Part shown: positions 39,362 through 51,441 of the stretch, piece after piece
Layout: the number at the start of each line of letters is the position of its first letter
How positions within the stretch are numbered: position 1 is the stretch's first letter
Origin: Isurus oxyrinchus
Lineage: Eukaryota
Assembly: GCA_026770705.1 (NCBI GenBank)
Contig: JANJGN010000020.1
Coordinates: 80,166,001-80,230,000 of the forward strand
Direction of reading: 5' to 3'
Length of the DNA stretch: 64,000 nt
Notes under the pieces: model-generated
Seen by the model: the letters and a program-made list of their open reading frames with translations, nothing else
Told to the model about the DNA's origin: nothing
Databases searched by the model: none
Made by a program: the position numbers and the translations under genes

Positions 39362-40257
39362 TTAATTTGGTGGCAATTGTGATCCTGTCCCGTGGAAGTT
39401 GTGGCCTCTCCACCAGTACCACTTGCTACTTGGTGGCAATGGCATCGGCGGATCTCATGGTCCTTATTAATGAAGTTATACTCAACCAAATCAGTAAATA
39501 TTTATTCCCATTAAATTTCATGGACATCACCCCTGTGTGTAGTATTCGTTATGTCCTTCCCCGTGCAGCTACAGACTGTTCTGTCTGGTTCACCGTTGCC
39601 TTCCCTTTTGAGCGATTTGTCGCCATTTGCTGCCGGAAGTTAAAATCTAAATATTGCAGCAGGAAAACTGCGTCTATTGTCCTAGCAACAACCGGCATTT
39701 TACTCTGTTTAAAAAATATTCCCATCTACTTTAGATTTAAAACGAGAAGGATCGTCCACAATGTATCATGGTTGTGCTCTCATAAGCCAAATTATTTAAC
39801 TGATGCTCGATGGATTAGATTTAGAAAGTTTGAAAAGATTTTAACCCCATTGATACCATTTGGTGTAATTCTGTTGCTCAACGCTCTGACCGTCAGACAC
39901 ATTTTAGTGTCCAGTCGAGTCCGTAAAGGCCTGAGGGGACAGAGTAAGGGAGAGAATCACAGTGATCTGGAGATGGAGAGCAGAAGGAGGTCTGTGATAA
40001 TACTCTTCGCTATATCGGGCAGCTTCATACTCCTGTGGTTGGTGTATATTTTATATTTCTTTGATGCTGCAAATGGCTTAGATAATTATTCTTTTTATAT
40101 CGTTGAAAACATTGCCTATATTCTACGGAATTTAAGTTGCTGCACAAACACAGTTATTTATGTGGCGACTCAGTCCAAGTTCAGAGAGCAGTTGAAGAGC
40201 ACTTTGAAATATACGGTTATATCAATTATTAAATTAAATAATAAGCAAAAAACTTGA
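39362..40257 (+). CDS. GPR139-like class A (rhodopsin-family) GPCR, exon 2; spliced product 320 aa
   Basis: Polypyrimidine tract and CAG acceptor end at 39361. Open frame NLVAIVILSRG, YLVAMASADL, SVWFTVAFPFERFVAIC, PFGVILLLNALTV, GSFILLW, NLSCCTNTVIY, SKFREQL. 67+896=963 nt, in frame. Confidence 0.95.
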
Positions 40258-40879
40258 GAGCAGCTTAAAGGTAGAGAGTAATGGGGCAAGAAGCGACCGC
40301 CAGTGGACCGAAAGGAAAGAGCCTGGAGGATTAACAGACATCAGAGAGCTGTTAATGACGGGCAAAGGGGGCTAGGGAGAAGGAGGATGAGACAAAAGTT
40401 AGCAGCAGGTACCGGTTACGTCGAACTGCATTGAGCCAGGATAAAGGGCAGATATTCAAAGAACCAGAGATAAATGAGCAGCAGTAAACAGACATAATGT
40501 GGAGCAGCAGGACAAACGCACGTGAAATTTTAAAATAAGCTGCAGTGACTCTGCAGACGGAGTCAAACATGCCAGTGGTCAGCGGGACAATGGCGCTAGG
40601 TGGCATGTGGAGTCCGGGAGTAAATTAACAGCAGGGGTCAGGAGGGGAAGAGAGCAGTGAACACAGGACAAAAGCGGACATTCGGAGGAGCGCACTTTGA
40701 GGAGCCAGGGAGACAGTCAGAACGTTCCCCCAAGGACAGGAAGTAGAACAGCAGCCATAGTTTCTCCTAAACCTCCTGTGCTGCGAACCAAACTCCTTAC
40801 AATTTCTGAAAGAGAAAACAAAACGATTTCTTGCAAAAGAAAAATGCTGAAAATTTCTGAAATCTGCTTTGACCAATGC

Positions 40880-41015
40880 NNNNNNNNNNNNNNNNNNNNN
40901 NNNNNNNNNNNNNNNNNNNNNNNNNNNNNNNNNNNNNNNNNNNNNNNNNNNNNNNNNNNNNNNNNNNNNNNNNNNNNNNNNNNNNNNNNNNNNNNNNNNN
41001 NNNNNNNNNNNNNNN
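40880..41015. other. Assembly gap (136 N)
   Basis: Run of n. Confidence 1.
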
Positions 41016-42230
41016 TCCTCCCGTCCGCCCACCACCTGGAACTAGACATTTGCACCATCACCTTTACTCACCTCTACAGCGTCGCCTGACTCCCTTCCCG
41101 TTTCAGCTCAGCAATAGCTGAAACCCTCACCCATTTCACTATTTCCTCAAACACGATTGTTCCAGTGCAATTATAGGAAGTCTACTACTGTCTATCCCAC
41201 ACCACCGTTCCTTATAAACTCGACATCAGCAAAACCTGTGATGAACTCACACTAGGTCCCGCAGTCCAATCTTCCTCTCTGCTCTCTGTCTGGTTTTCCG
41301 TCAGTCAAAACCTTGATTTCAAAAAGCTAAAAAATGCATTCAAATCTCTTCACACCAAAGCTCCTCCTTCTCTGCTTAAACTTAGCGAATTCTGCAAAAC
41401 TGTCAAGAGCAATAAGCTGCTCCAGTCCCTAAAACCGCCTCTCCTATCACTTTGTAACACGCCCAGCACCTATGAAACAATTCAAATTTGTACTCTCCTC
41501 CAGCCGCAATAACAATCCCTACCATGGAAACATACTGCTGCATTCGCTATAAGTCCGCTCATCTCTGCAAAGTACCGCATCCCTATAGTTCCAATCTTTT
41601 TAAAGCTGATTCAGCCATTACAACACTACATATCTCAGCAAACTGCTCCAGTACCCTCAACCCTCCCTATCTCTGAAACCTTCACCTGAGCATTCAACTC
41701 TCCCGATCTCTGTAACCTACTACAGCCTCTACAACACTGCATACCTCTGTACCCTCGCCCAGCAACTACAGCCTTTCCTATCTGTGCATCATTGTCCAGC
41801 CCCTAGAACCCTCACTATTGTTGTAACGTCCTAGAGGCCATGCAGCTTTCCCCACCTCTGTAATCTCCTTCGTTCCCGGCAACCCTACTTATCTCTGTAA
41901 CCTACTCCAGCCTCAGCAACTCACCTCATCTCTGTAACGTCTTCCAGCCCCCACAACTTTCCCTAAGTCTGTAAAATCCTCCAGCCCATGCTACTCTCCA
42001 TAATTCTCTAATAACCTCCTGCCACTCGAACCCTACAGGGTATCTCTACACTCCCATTATGGGCCTCTGTATTTTACCATTTTAAATTGCTCCACTTTTG
42101 GAGGCCATGACTTCAGCTGTCTGGCCGAAAGCTCTGGAATTATATCCATAAACCTCTCCGCCCCTTTCATTCTCTGGTAGAGGACGTGCCTTAGAATCAA
42201 TCTCTCCATCCTAATATTGACTTAGATTTG
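41016..42230 (+). mobile_element. L2 LINE 3' part containing an internal tandem expansion
   Basis: GCTGAAACCCTCACCCAT (AETL.H), GATTTCAAAA and TTCAAATCTCTTCAC; after the array GGAGGCCATGACTTCAGCTG...CTCTGGAAT. Homologous to 61590-62130. Confidence 0.7.
41360..42050. repeat. Degenerate 37-bp minisatellite, about 18 units
   Basis: Unit approximately CTCTGTAACCTCCTCCAGCCCCTACAACCCTCCCTAT; CTCTGTAA recurs at 41893 and 41930. Confidence 0.8.
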
Positions 42231-42329
42231 TGTAAAGATTTTGCTCTCCATCTCTTTTGTGAAGAGTCTTGGAAACTTTTACTATCAGAAAGACATTTAA
42301 TAATTATAGGCTGTTTTCAAATTATCCTG

Positions 42330-43110
42330 TCTGTGCCGTCTCTCTCTCTCTTTCCCTTTCTCTCTCTCTCTTCCTCTCTGAATATCTGTATCACTGCTTC
42401 TCAAAAACTTTCAAATTGCCTCTGTCCCTGTTTCTATCTCTGTCTCTTTCTCACTCTCTCTCTGTATCTCAATCTCTCCCTCGCTCTCTCTCTGAATTCC
42501 AATATCACTGTTTCTCGAACACTCTAACACTGTACCTTCCTCTCTCTCTGCTTCGCTATCTTTCTCTCCTTCTGTCGCTGGCAGCTTTGTCTCTTCTTGT
42601 CACTCCGCGTCCCTTTAATGCTCTTATTATTATCCCCCTCACTTTCTCCAGCCAGCCTTTGCTCCCTCTGTCTTTCACTGTCTGTACGATTATTTCAACC
42701 ACATTTTATTCTCATGCTGACACACTCTCTCTCGCTTTACATTTATTTTAGGCTGCCTCTTTTTCTTGCCTTTTTATCTTTTCTCTTGCTCAAAATCTCT
42801 CCTTCATTCTGGTTCTTATTCTCTGAATGCCTGTCTCTTCATTGAGACCCTTTCTCTCTCTCTCATATTTTTATCGGTCTCTTTGTTCCTAACACTCTCT
42901 ATCTGTCTCGATAATCCTCTCCTGTTACATTTTTCTCTCTTCAGTTATTTCCCTTACTATACCTTGAATATCTCATTATCCTGTTCTCGCTATCTTCCCA
43001 TCTCTTACATATTCCCTGTCCATCATTCTTGCTCCTTCCCTCCCTGCTCCAACATGCCTTTTCTATCTCCCTCTGTGCCTCGAGGGCTTTCGTGCACTAT
43101 CTCCGTGTCT
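42330..43110. repeat. CT-rich low-complexity region
   Basis: Degenerate (CT)n/(CTGT)n, producing spurious Leu/Ser ORFs. Confidence 0.85.
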
Positions 43111-44329
43111 CTGAAAGTTAAATTCTGTTCGAATCTTGTCAATAACATTGATTTGAAACTCGCTATCCAATAGGAAGGGGTCAACATGCAGCATAAAGAT
43201 GATCATCAATTCCCCGCCATGGTAGCAATAAAACATTGCAGTTTTATTTATCCAGTTCAGTTGCAGACAACCCAAATTAAACAAAATTGATCTAACTGAA
43301 ATGCACTGTACTCTGGCAGAATTGTTGAAATCATGGACTCACTTAGTAACTTCCAAAGTTTTCCTCGCACTTCCGGGAGTGAAATCTCGGCAGCACCTGC
43401 ATCTATTGACTTTCATTTTCAAGAAAATGCTGCTGAACCTGAAATAAATAAATGAATAAAAACGTGAGGATTACTTTTTTTTTCTCTGACCTATTTATCT
43501 CCTAAGAATTCTTCAAACTACCCGTACTTAACTGGTCTTGGCCTTATGAGTTCCATCTGCTGGGACGTTTCTACTGTGGATTTGTCTAGGTGATAATGCT
43601 CTTTCGCCTCTATTGGGGATCACTGAAACCATGCCAAACTCCCTCCACATCTCGAGCTATTTCCGTTTACCCTCCCATATGACATTAACCCATAAATTAT
43701 TAGCTGCTGCAACAACATTTCGGCCATGGCGGCTTCTGCTTCTATGATGTTCTCAGGATGGTTCTGTATTTTCCATTCTACAGTGTTGCACACTTTACAC
43801 ACGATCACCACTTGATGTCTGTCCAGATTACTACTATTACATCCCCTGTATACCCTAGCAGAGAGCCTTAACACCGTTACTGAATGCTTCCTCAACTGGG
43901 ATTAATCGTCCGACTCATTGTTCTGACTGGAGTTACAAGTCCTTATTTTCATCTCGGGCACTTCATTCTCCCAGTCCATAACCTTCACTGCTTGTCCATC
44001 ATTCTTGACATTAAATCAGTTCTTATATTCTACAGTACTTTTCCCTGCTCGTCCTATTATTTTTGCATCCCTCCAGTTATTCTATCCCCATGAAGGGCCT
44101 GATATTTTTGAACTGAATTTGTGCGGTTGGCTTTCAGACCAAATAGCCCTTGCCGGTTCATCACTTTCAGTCTTTCTCTTGGCATGAAATCCCTGATCTA
44201 TCACAGCTTGTTCCTCCTTAAAAGGAGGATTAGGGCCGATTAGGGACCAAAAAGACGTTTTATACTGATCGATGTTGTGGGCAAAGCTGAGATAGTTAAT
44301 TAATATTTTGAATATATATATTTTTTTAA

Positions 44330-44635
44330 CCAAGAATGAAAATCTTGCCCAAGGCACCGTGAAACAGAATCAAATTCAGTCACTGGAAAGGGATAAAATT
44401 GATAAAAATGAGTTGTTGAAGAGGCTGCCTGCATTTGAAGTTGACAAAGCTTCGTGACAGGATGATTTCCATCCAGGGCGATTGAGGGCATCGAGAGATT
44501 TATTTCAGATGACATAATTTTTCAGTCTTCCCTAAACTCAGGGGTGGTGCCCGGCGACTGGAAAATTGAAAACATTACACCCTTGCTCAAAAAAGCGCAC
44601 AAGGATAAGCCCAGCAACTACTGATCTATCAGGTC
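44330..44635 (+). mobile_element. CR1 ORF2 internal fragment
   Basis: IFQSSLNSGVVPGDWKIENITPLLKK...PSNY. Confidence 0.8.
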
Positions 44636-46879
44636 GCATAGAAGCAGTTTTTTTGGCGCCACTTACACATCTTCACCCGATAGTGAAGCCCATTCTTCAT
44701 TTTCTTGTAACAATCCAATTCTGCCAGATGTCCCAACCTTCCCCTCAGCAATGCTGGTCACACTATGCAGTTAAGTTGGAATGCAACAATTACAATAAAA
44801 GTCAACTTCCTTTCATCACAACTTGTCACAAACACTGGATACCACGCAAGTTGGTAGAGCTTGGATTCCATGGCCCCTAACGTCCGAGTTCCAGAGCACT
44901 GTACACGGGTAAACCACAAAGGTGAGCTTGGAACGCACACCACACCAAACCACCCCACCAACATCCACCTCCAAACCCCACCTCCCAACCGCCTGCCCAC
45001 CCGCCCGCCTGGAGGTTCTCAGGTAAGTGTGGCACAAAAATTGCCTTGGAAGGTCAAACTTATTTTGGGCAATTTCCCTGCACTGGGAAACATCCGAAAC
45101 AGCAATTTAAATTGGAGACTTCCGCTGGTTCCAACCATCTTACGTCAATAGTTACCCAGAAAAAAAAAATTCTAACTTCTGGTTTACTATTCCAAAGACC
45201 GGCACGGGACCCACACCAATGGAACCCAATTCCTGACCCTACACCCCCCCACCACCACCACTCACACACACACACCCGAGACCACCAGGGGACTCCTCCC
45301 TGCCCAATCTACCCCACACTCACGGAACACCACCCACGCCTCCCCGGCTGCACCCAACACTGACCCCAACCGGCCTCCCCGCAACTGGCGATCCCTCCAA
45401 CTCGACTAACTGAAGCGCCGACAACCCGACACCACAAAAATCCGCCACTCCGACTGGACGACCCAACCCAACAAGGCCATCCTCTCCCGCAGAGTGTATG
45501 GCGGCCTGCCTAGTGCCCTAGACTGGCCCTCCCTCTGCACCACTGAGTGCTGGAAATCCCGATGACCTGACCCTTCATCTGAAATGCCTAATCATTTTTC
45601 CCCGATGGCCTGTGCAGCCACTGCCCCAACTGTTTTCCCCCACTCCCTCCAGGTTTCCCGCCACTCCTTCCGCCCCGGCTGACAGACCACGTCCCCAGTA
45701 CCCCACCCCCCACCCCGATAAGCAAATTCTAAACACTTGCTGGTCAAACCTCCCAACACCCAGCTTTAAAGTGGCTGTACCTTTAAACTTACGTGATTTA
45801 TGGCAGCTGGTGCAGTAAAAGTGGACACGTGGTCTGTTTGCATCCGCCCCTGCCCTGGTGTACGACAGGAACAGGAAGTGTGCTCGAATGTCATGGAAAG
45901 AAAATAGCAGTGGAAAGGTAATGCGACTCTGGTTGTCACTGCACGGAAACTCAGGCCCAATATTGATGTTGATCTAATGAACGTCATGTGGCATGCTGCA
46001 TTAAAATTTGATTATGAAAGGGAACATTTAAATAATATTATACAATTATTCCCATTCACATGTAAATGCATTACACAACTGTTAGCATAAAGATTTCAAT
46101 TACTTTTGTGACATTGAAACAAGGCAACATAGGTTTCTTGGCCCCACATTACATGTATTTGAGCACACCATTACAAAACGTACAGATTACAGCTGCAATG
46201 AATAATAGTTCTTTAGGAATTCAATTGAGTTCCACTTTTGAACGCTCTGTGCTGGGATTTTTGTTTTAAATTCAGATGCTCGGCACAGAGGGCTATTTGT
46301 TTACATTTTCTCGCTTCCACCATTGGCAGCAGGTGTACATATTATTTGCAGAATCTTATGAAGTGTTAAGTTCAAGTTCATTTAAGGAACATTTAACTTA
46401 CCACCCTTGATCAGCTATGATAGATTTACTCTTGTTTTTTTTCATTATACTGAACACATGTTGGATTTCCCGTCACTTTTGTAAACAGACAGTGATCCCA
46501 AGGCCGACCTTCGACGCTTCCGGTGTCTGGAAGTGAGTGGATTTAAAAAACAATTCCAGTGCATTAGATATTAAATCGAATATTCTCACCGCTCATTCCC
46601 AGCAAGGAGATTACTGTTGTGCTCTTCTCTTCTTGTTTTTTTTTCCAAAATAAAGTTCTGAAATGACCGTTTAAACTACACATTAATATAACTTTAATAC
46701 ATTTTGCATTGATACCAGCCTAGTCTACTTTGACGCGTCCTGCCAAGGGGATTTATGTTAAGCATGGAAACAAAGGATAAAAGCAAACAGCTTCTATAAG
46801 TTCAAAAAGTTCTGTAAATAACTCCCACAATTTAAGAATATTTTAAGCAACTTAGAATGGAAGGACTGCGCATATTAGA

Positions 46880-49800
46880 TTAATCAGGAGAGGCAAACCG
46901 AATCTGGAGATCAATGAATGTGGGCAAAATATATGTAACACATGAATGACTGGTAAGTAGTGGGTAAGTTCTGGTGAGTATTTGCTACTTTTATCGCTTG
47001 CAGATTAAGCTTTCTTGTGCTATATAGTTTGCATATTCTACATAATGAGGATCAGGAAAGAAGGGCTCTAGAGTAATTGATAAAAAAGGTTTAATTTAAA
47101 AAGATAAGTTATGGCAGGAGAGCTCAAATCTGTGGTGTGCTCCACGTACTCCATGTGGGAAGCTGGGAACATTTCTAATGCCAGGGTCCAGCATGTGTCC
47201 CGGAAGTGTGCCGAACTGCAGCTCCTGGAAGCTGGGGTTTTTGAGCTAGAACGGCGGCTGGGGGCACCATGGAACATCTGTGAGTCTCAGAGCATCATGG
47301 ATAGCACCTTTAGAGAGGTCCAACCACAGCTGAAGGGACTTGAGGAAGGAAGGGAAATGTTGACCACGAGGACATCCAAGATAAAAAGGCAGGTCGTTCA
47401 GGAGTTGCCTGTGGTTCCACTTGCAAACGATATTCCATTGTGGAGGCTGATGAGGGCGCTGGTTCCCCCAGGGATTGTAGTCAGAGCCAGCTTCTGGCAC
47501 CACAAGCAGCGTCTCTGTAGAGGAGGGGAGGAAGAGACGAAGAGCAATAGTAATAGTCAGTTCAAAAGTCCGAGGAACAGATAGGCACTACTGTGGCCAT
47601 CAACGTGGCTCAAGGATAGTGTGTTATCTCCCTGATGCCAAGTTCCTACATGTCACTGAATGGCTGCAGGCCATTCTGAAGCGGGAGGGTTATACGCCAA
47701 AGATCATGGTACATGTTGGCAACAATGACATAGGTAGAAAGAGGGATGAGGTGTTGCATCAACAATTCATGGAGTTAGGCAGGGCCTCCTGGGTTGTAAC
47801 CTCTCAATTCCTTCCAGTGCCCGTGCTAGCAAACACAGAGATAGGTGGATAGCGAAGATGAGTACATGGCTTAAGAGTTGTTGCAGGAGGGAGGATTTTG
47901 AACCCTGGATGACTGGTGCTGCTTCTGGGGAATGTGGGACCTGTACAACTGTCTGGTCTACATCTAAACCAATGCGCGGCTCAAATCCTTTTGGAAGGAA
48001 TTGCTGCTGCTTGTGGGAGGAATTGAAATATTTTGGCAAGGTGAAGGGACACAGAATGTTAGCAGAATCGGGACCCTCATAATTTAGTAAAACAATAAAT
48101 TCAGAGGGAGTATACCTGCATTAAGTCTCAAGAGAGTAAGGCATGCCTAGATGTCATCTAGTTGAAGGCCAGCAGCATTAAAGGTAAAACAAATGTACTA
48201 AGGGTGAGGATTGACGTGTGGAATTATGATGTATTTACCTACACAGACAGGAGGCTGAGGGAGGGGTAGGATTGACGGCTCAAAATTCCGCCGATATAGA
48301 ATCTTCAGGCGAGCCAAGGGAGGTGGTAAATAGAAAGATGCATTGCAGTATTAGTTAAGGAGTCGGTTACTGCAGTACTGCATCGAATGTAGATTTGTGG
48401 ATAGTGGTTAAGAGTAAAAACGAGGCAGCTACATTGATAAGTGTTTATTATCGACCCCCAGATAGTCAGTGGGAAATTGAAAGGCAAATATGTGCACAAT
48501 TCGCGGAGATGTATAACAGTAGGGAAATTATATTAGTTGATTACAAGTTTCCCAAAAAATAATTGGAATACATATATTGTTAAGGACTTGACTGGAGTGG
48601 ATTTCTTGCAATATGTAGAGGGCTCAATATGTAGAGGATCCAACAAGGGAAGGCGCATTGCTGGAACAAGTTCTGGGCAATGAAGCCCGACAGGTGGCTG
48701 AGGTGGTGGTGGAGGATTATTTTAGTAATAGCGAACACAACATGGTACAATTTAAGCTTGATATGGACAAAGAAACAGACAAATTGCAAAAAATATTTTG
48801 GATTAGGTGGGAGTGGATTTTCGTAAAATAAGGCAGGATCTGGCAAAGTTGGATTGTGAACAGCTTCTTGTGAGGAAATCTACAGAGGTGAAGTGGAGGG
48901 CGTTCAAATAGGAAATGCGGAGGGTACAGGCTCAACATGTTCCCTCTCGGGTGATCGCAGGGAGTAACAAACCCAGAGAACCTTGTATGCACAGAGATAT
49001 TCAGGTTACAATGAGAAGGAAAATATTGGCTTTTCGTACTTACAAGGGGATCAAATGAGCGCAGGCATCGCTAGAGTACAACAATTGCAGGATGGAGCTT
49101 AAGAAACCAAGTAGGAGAGCATGCAGGGGATATGAGTATACTCTGGCTTGTAAAAGTAGGGAAAATCGCATGTAAAGGTATATCAATTGGAAGAGGATAA
49201 GCAGGGCAAGAGTAGACCAAGGGGCAATCTATTTGGGGGAGCCAAGGGTATTGGTACAGACTTGAATGAACGTTGGCAGGCTCAAAAGTGGACGTGTCTC
49301 CCTTCTCTTCCCTTCTCTCTCTCCTCCTTTGCTAAACTTTCCCTCTGGAGTTCACGTTATTGCATTTCCATTTCTGTTTGAAATACTCTTTCATTTTTGC
49401 TTTTTTCTCCAAATCAAGTACGTTGGTGAAAAAGACATATGAGCCACTTCCCTTTATCAATCAGCACTCATTTTAAAGTTGTACAGAACCTGGCTTAGGC
49501 CACAGCTCGAGTGCTGAGTGCTGTCCTGGCCGCCACATTATAGGAAGAATGTGATTGCGCTAAAGGTGGTGAAGAAGAGATTCACAGGCTGATGCTTGGG
49601 ATGAAACAGTTAAGTTATGAAGAAAGGTTGCATAGACTTGGGTTGTTTTTGTTGGAGCTCAGATGACTGAGGGACGACTGGATCGAGGTGTACAAGATCA
49701 TGAGGGGCATGAACAGGCTTGATAGGGAGCAGCTGTTCCCCTTAGTGAAGGGTCAGTCACGAGGGGACATACGTTGGAGGTGAGGGGCAGGATTTATCGG

Positions 49801-50060
49801 GGGGATGTGAGGAAAAACGCTTTTACCCAAACGGTAGTGACGGTCTGGAATGCACTGACTGGGAGGTTGGTGGAGTCGGGTTGCCTCACATCCTTTAAAA
49901 ATTACCTGGATGGGCACTTGGCATGTCTTAACATTCAAGGCTATGGGCCAAGTGCTGGCAAATGGGATTAGGTAGGTCGGTAAGGTTTTTCTCACTTGTC
50001 GATGCAGACACAAAGTGCCGAAGGGTCTCTTCTGCTCTCTGTGATTGCCTGATTCTGTGT
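46880..50060 (+). mobile_element. Long CR1/HER1-type LINE: ORF1, endonuclease, RT core deleted, 3' end
   Basis: ORF1 MAGELKSVVCS...KCAELQLLE..V.ELERRL (zinc finger/leucine zipper) and VHVGNNDIGRK (SGNH esterase). ORF2 has YYRPP, PTREGA and SEHNMVQF. It then jumps near 49270-49470 to LYRT...FTQTVVTVWNAL and the tail. Confidence 0.9.
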
Positions 50061-51367
50061 ATTCCCTTCGACTTGTTTGAACTCCACAACTGCATTACAT
50101 TACTCTTCTCCGGGTTAAAATCCATTTGGCACTTCTCCGCCCATCAATTTTTACCTTTCTGCCTCCTCACATAAAACACAGTCATTTTGTTACGTTGCCT
50201 GAAAGCTTCATGATGATTCGTATATGTATGTCCAAACAGTTAATAAGTAACACGAAAAGAAAAGAAACACGATTGTTACAAACTAATCTCCAAAGGAACG
50301 CTCATGCTGATGTTTTCAGGATTCCCTGTCGGTGCTCGGGCGCTCTTTTAAGAGTAAGTTCTCCACTCGCTCCGTCATGCAGCCTGATAACAGATGAGAA
50401 ATTCCCCATGTGTTTGCAGCAAAAGAGTGCAATGCAATTGAAAACTTTGCATTATAACTATGTGTTGTTGATTGGTGACACATAATCTCCTTGGCTCGGA
50501 TGCCGTTGCCTCCCCCTTCAAATTCAAACCAATCTCGGAGACTTAGTTACTAAGACACCAAGCAGAGGGTAAACTCAAGGAAACATAAGATTGAGCTCCC
50601 CCCACAATGTTGCCCTGTGGCCTGTGAAATGGCGCTGCTGTATGACTGTTACTCAGAAAAATACATCACAACGGATGTTAGCTTGTCATTTACCACTTTC
50701 CCAAATTGCGCTAAACACCTAGCGTAATTGTTTCAGGACCAGGCGGAAATATATTTCAGTGCCTGCCTTGCAGCTCCCCCAAAATATAGGGCCAAATTTA
50801 AATGTCAACAGGCAGTCGAAAAATTCCCGTTGAAGCCCCCGTCGTTAGTTTGCCCGACTGTGAGCTCCTTCCTTCTAATTCGCCATGAAATCCACACACT
50901 TCAATTGCAACATCCTTGAGATACGGCCACATTTCGACTTTAGTTTTACTTCAATGTTTGAAGTGCCTATACTCTTTGAATATAGCATCGTTCTGAAGGC
51001 AATTGTGAATGACAATCTTACACTGTTCATGCGCGATATGCTCACAACCCGTGAAAGGAATAGAAAAGTAGAGATTCCTAAGTTATCAAACTATTGATGA
51101 CGAAAACTTGTGTAGTATGAGGTTTGCTTTCTGCGGAATATTTTCAACATTGAGATGAAGGAGAGCGTATCTGTTGCTGAACAGCATTGTGAAGATTGGA
51201 TCATTCAGCAGCCCCTGGGAAAACATACCCTTACAGCTCACTGGTAACCTGAAACTTAGACTCATGAAATAGGAGGATTCCAGCCTGCGCGCGAGCAGCC
51301 AGCAAGGAAATATGCTGAATTCTCCACTCACTGCCTGTTGAATTTGAAAACCTCGTGACAAGACCCA

Positions 51368-51441
51368 GGGAGTTTAGTTCAGGTGGTTAGAGCGTGCTGC
51401 TGATAACCCCAACGTCGCGGTTTTGATCATCGTGCTAACCA
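51368..51441 (+). tRNA. tRNA-Ile pseudogene, anticodon reads GAT
   Basis: GGGAGTTTAGTTCAGGTGGTTAGAGCGTGCTGCTGATAACCCCAACGTCGCGGTTTTGATCATCGTGCTAACCA is collinear (74 nt) with Ile-AAT. Acceptor and T stems are broken. Confidence 0.8.

Noticed and set aside
40690-40765. 2A-like ribosomal skip peptide in a possible L2 5' region
   Set aside because: No frame gives D(V/I)ExNPGP.
40625-41121. ORFs spanning X runs
   Set aside because: They read through the assembly gap.
42228-43173. Long Leu/Ser-rich ORFs resembling membrane proteins
   Set aside because: Artefacts of CT low-complexity sequence.
44640-46260. Possible minus-strand exons flanking the C-rich repeat
   Set aside because: Stops in all frames and no recognisable homology.
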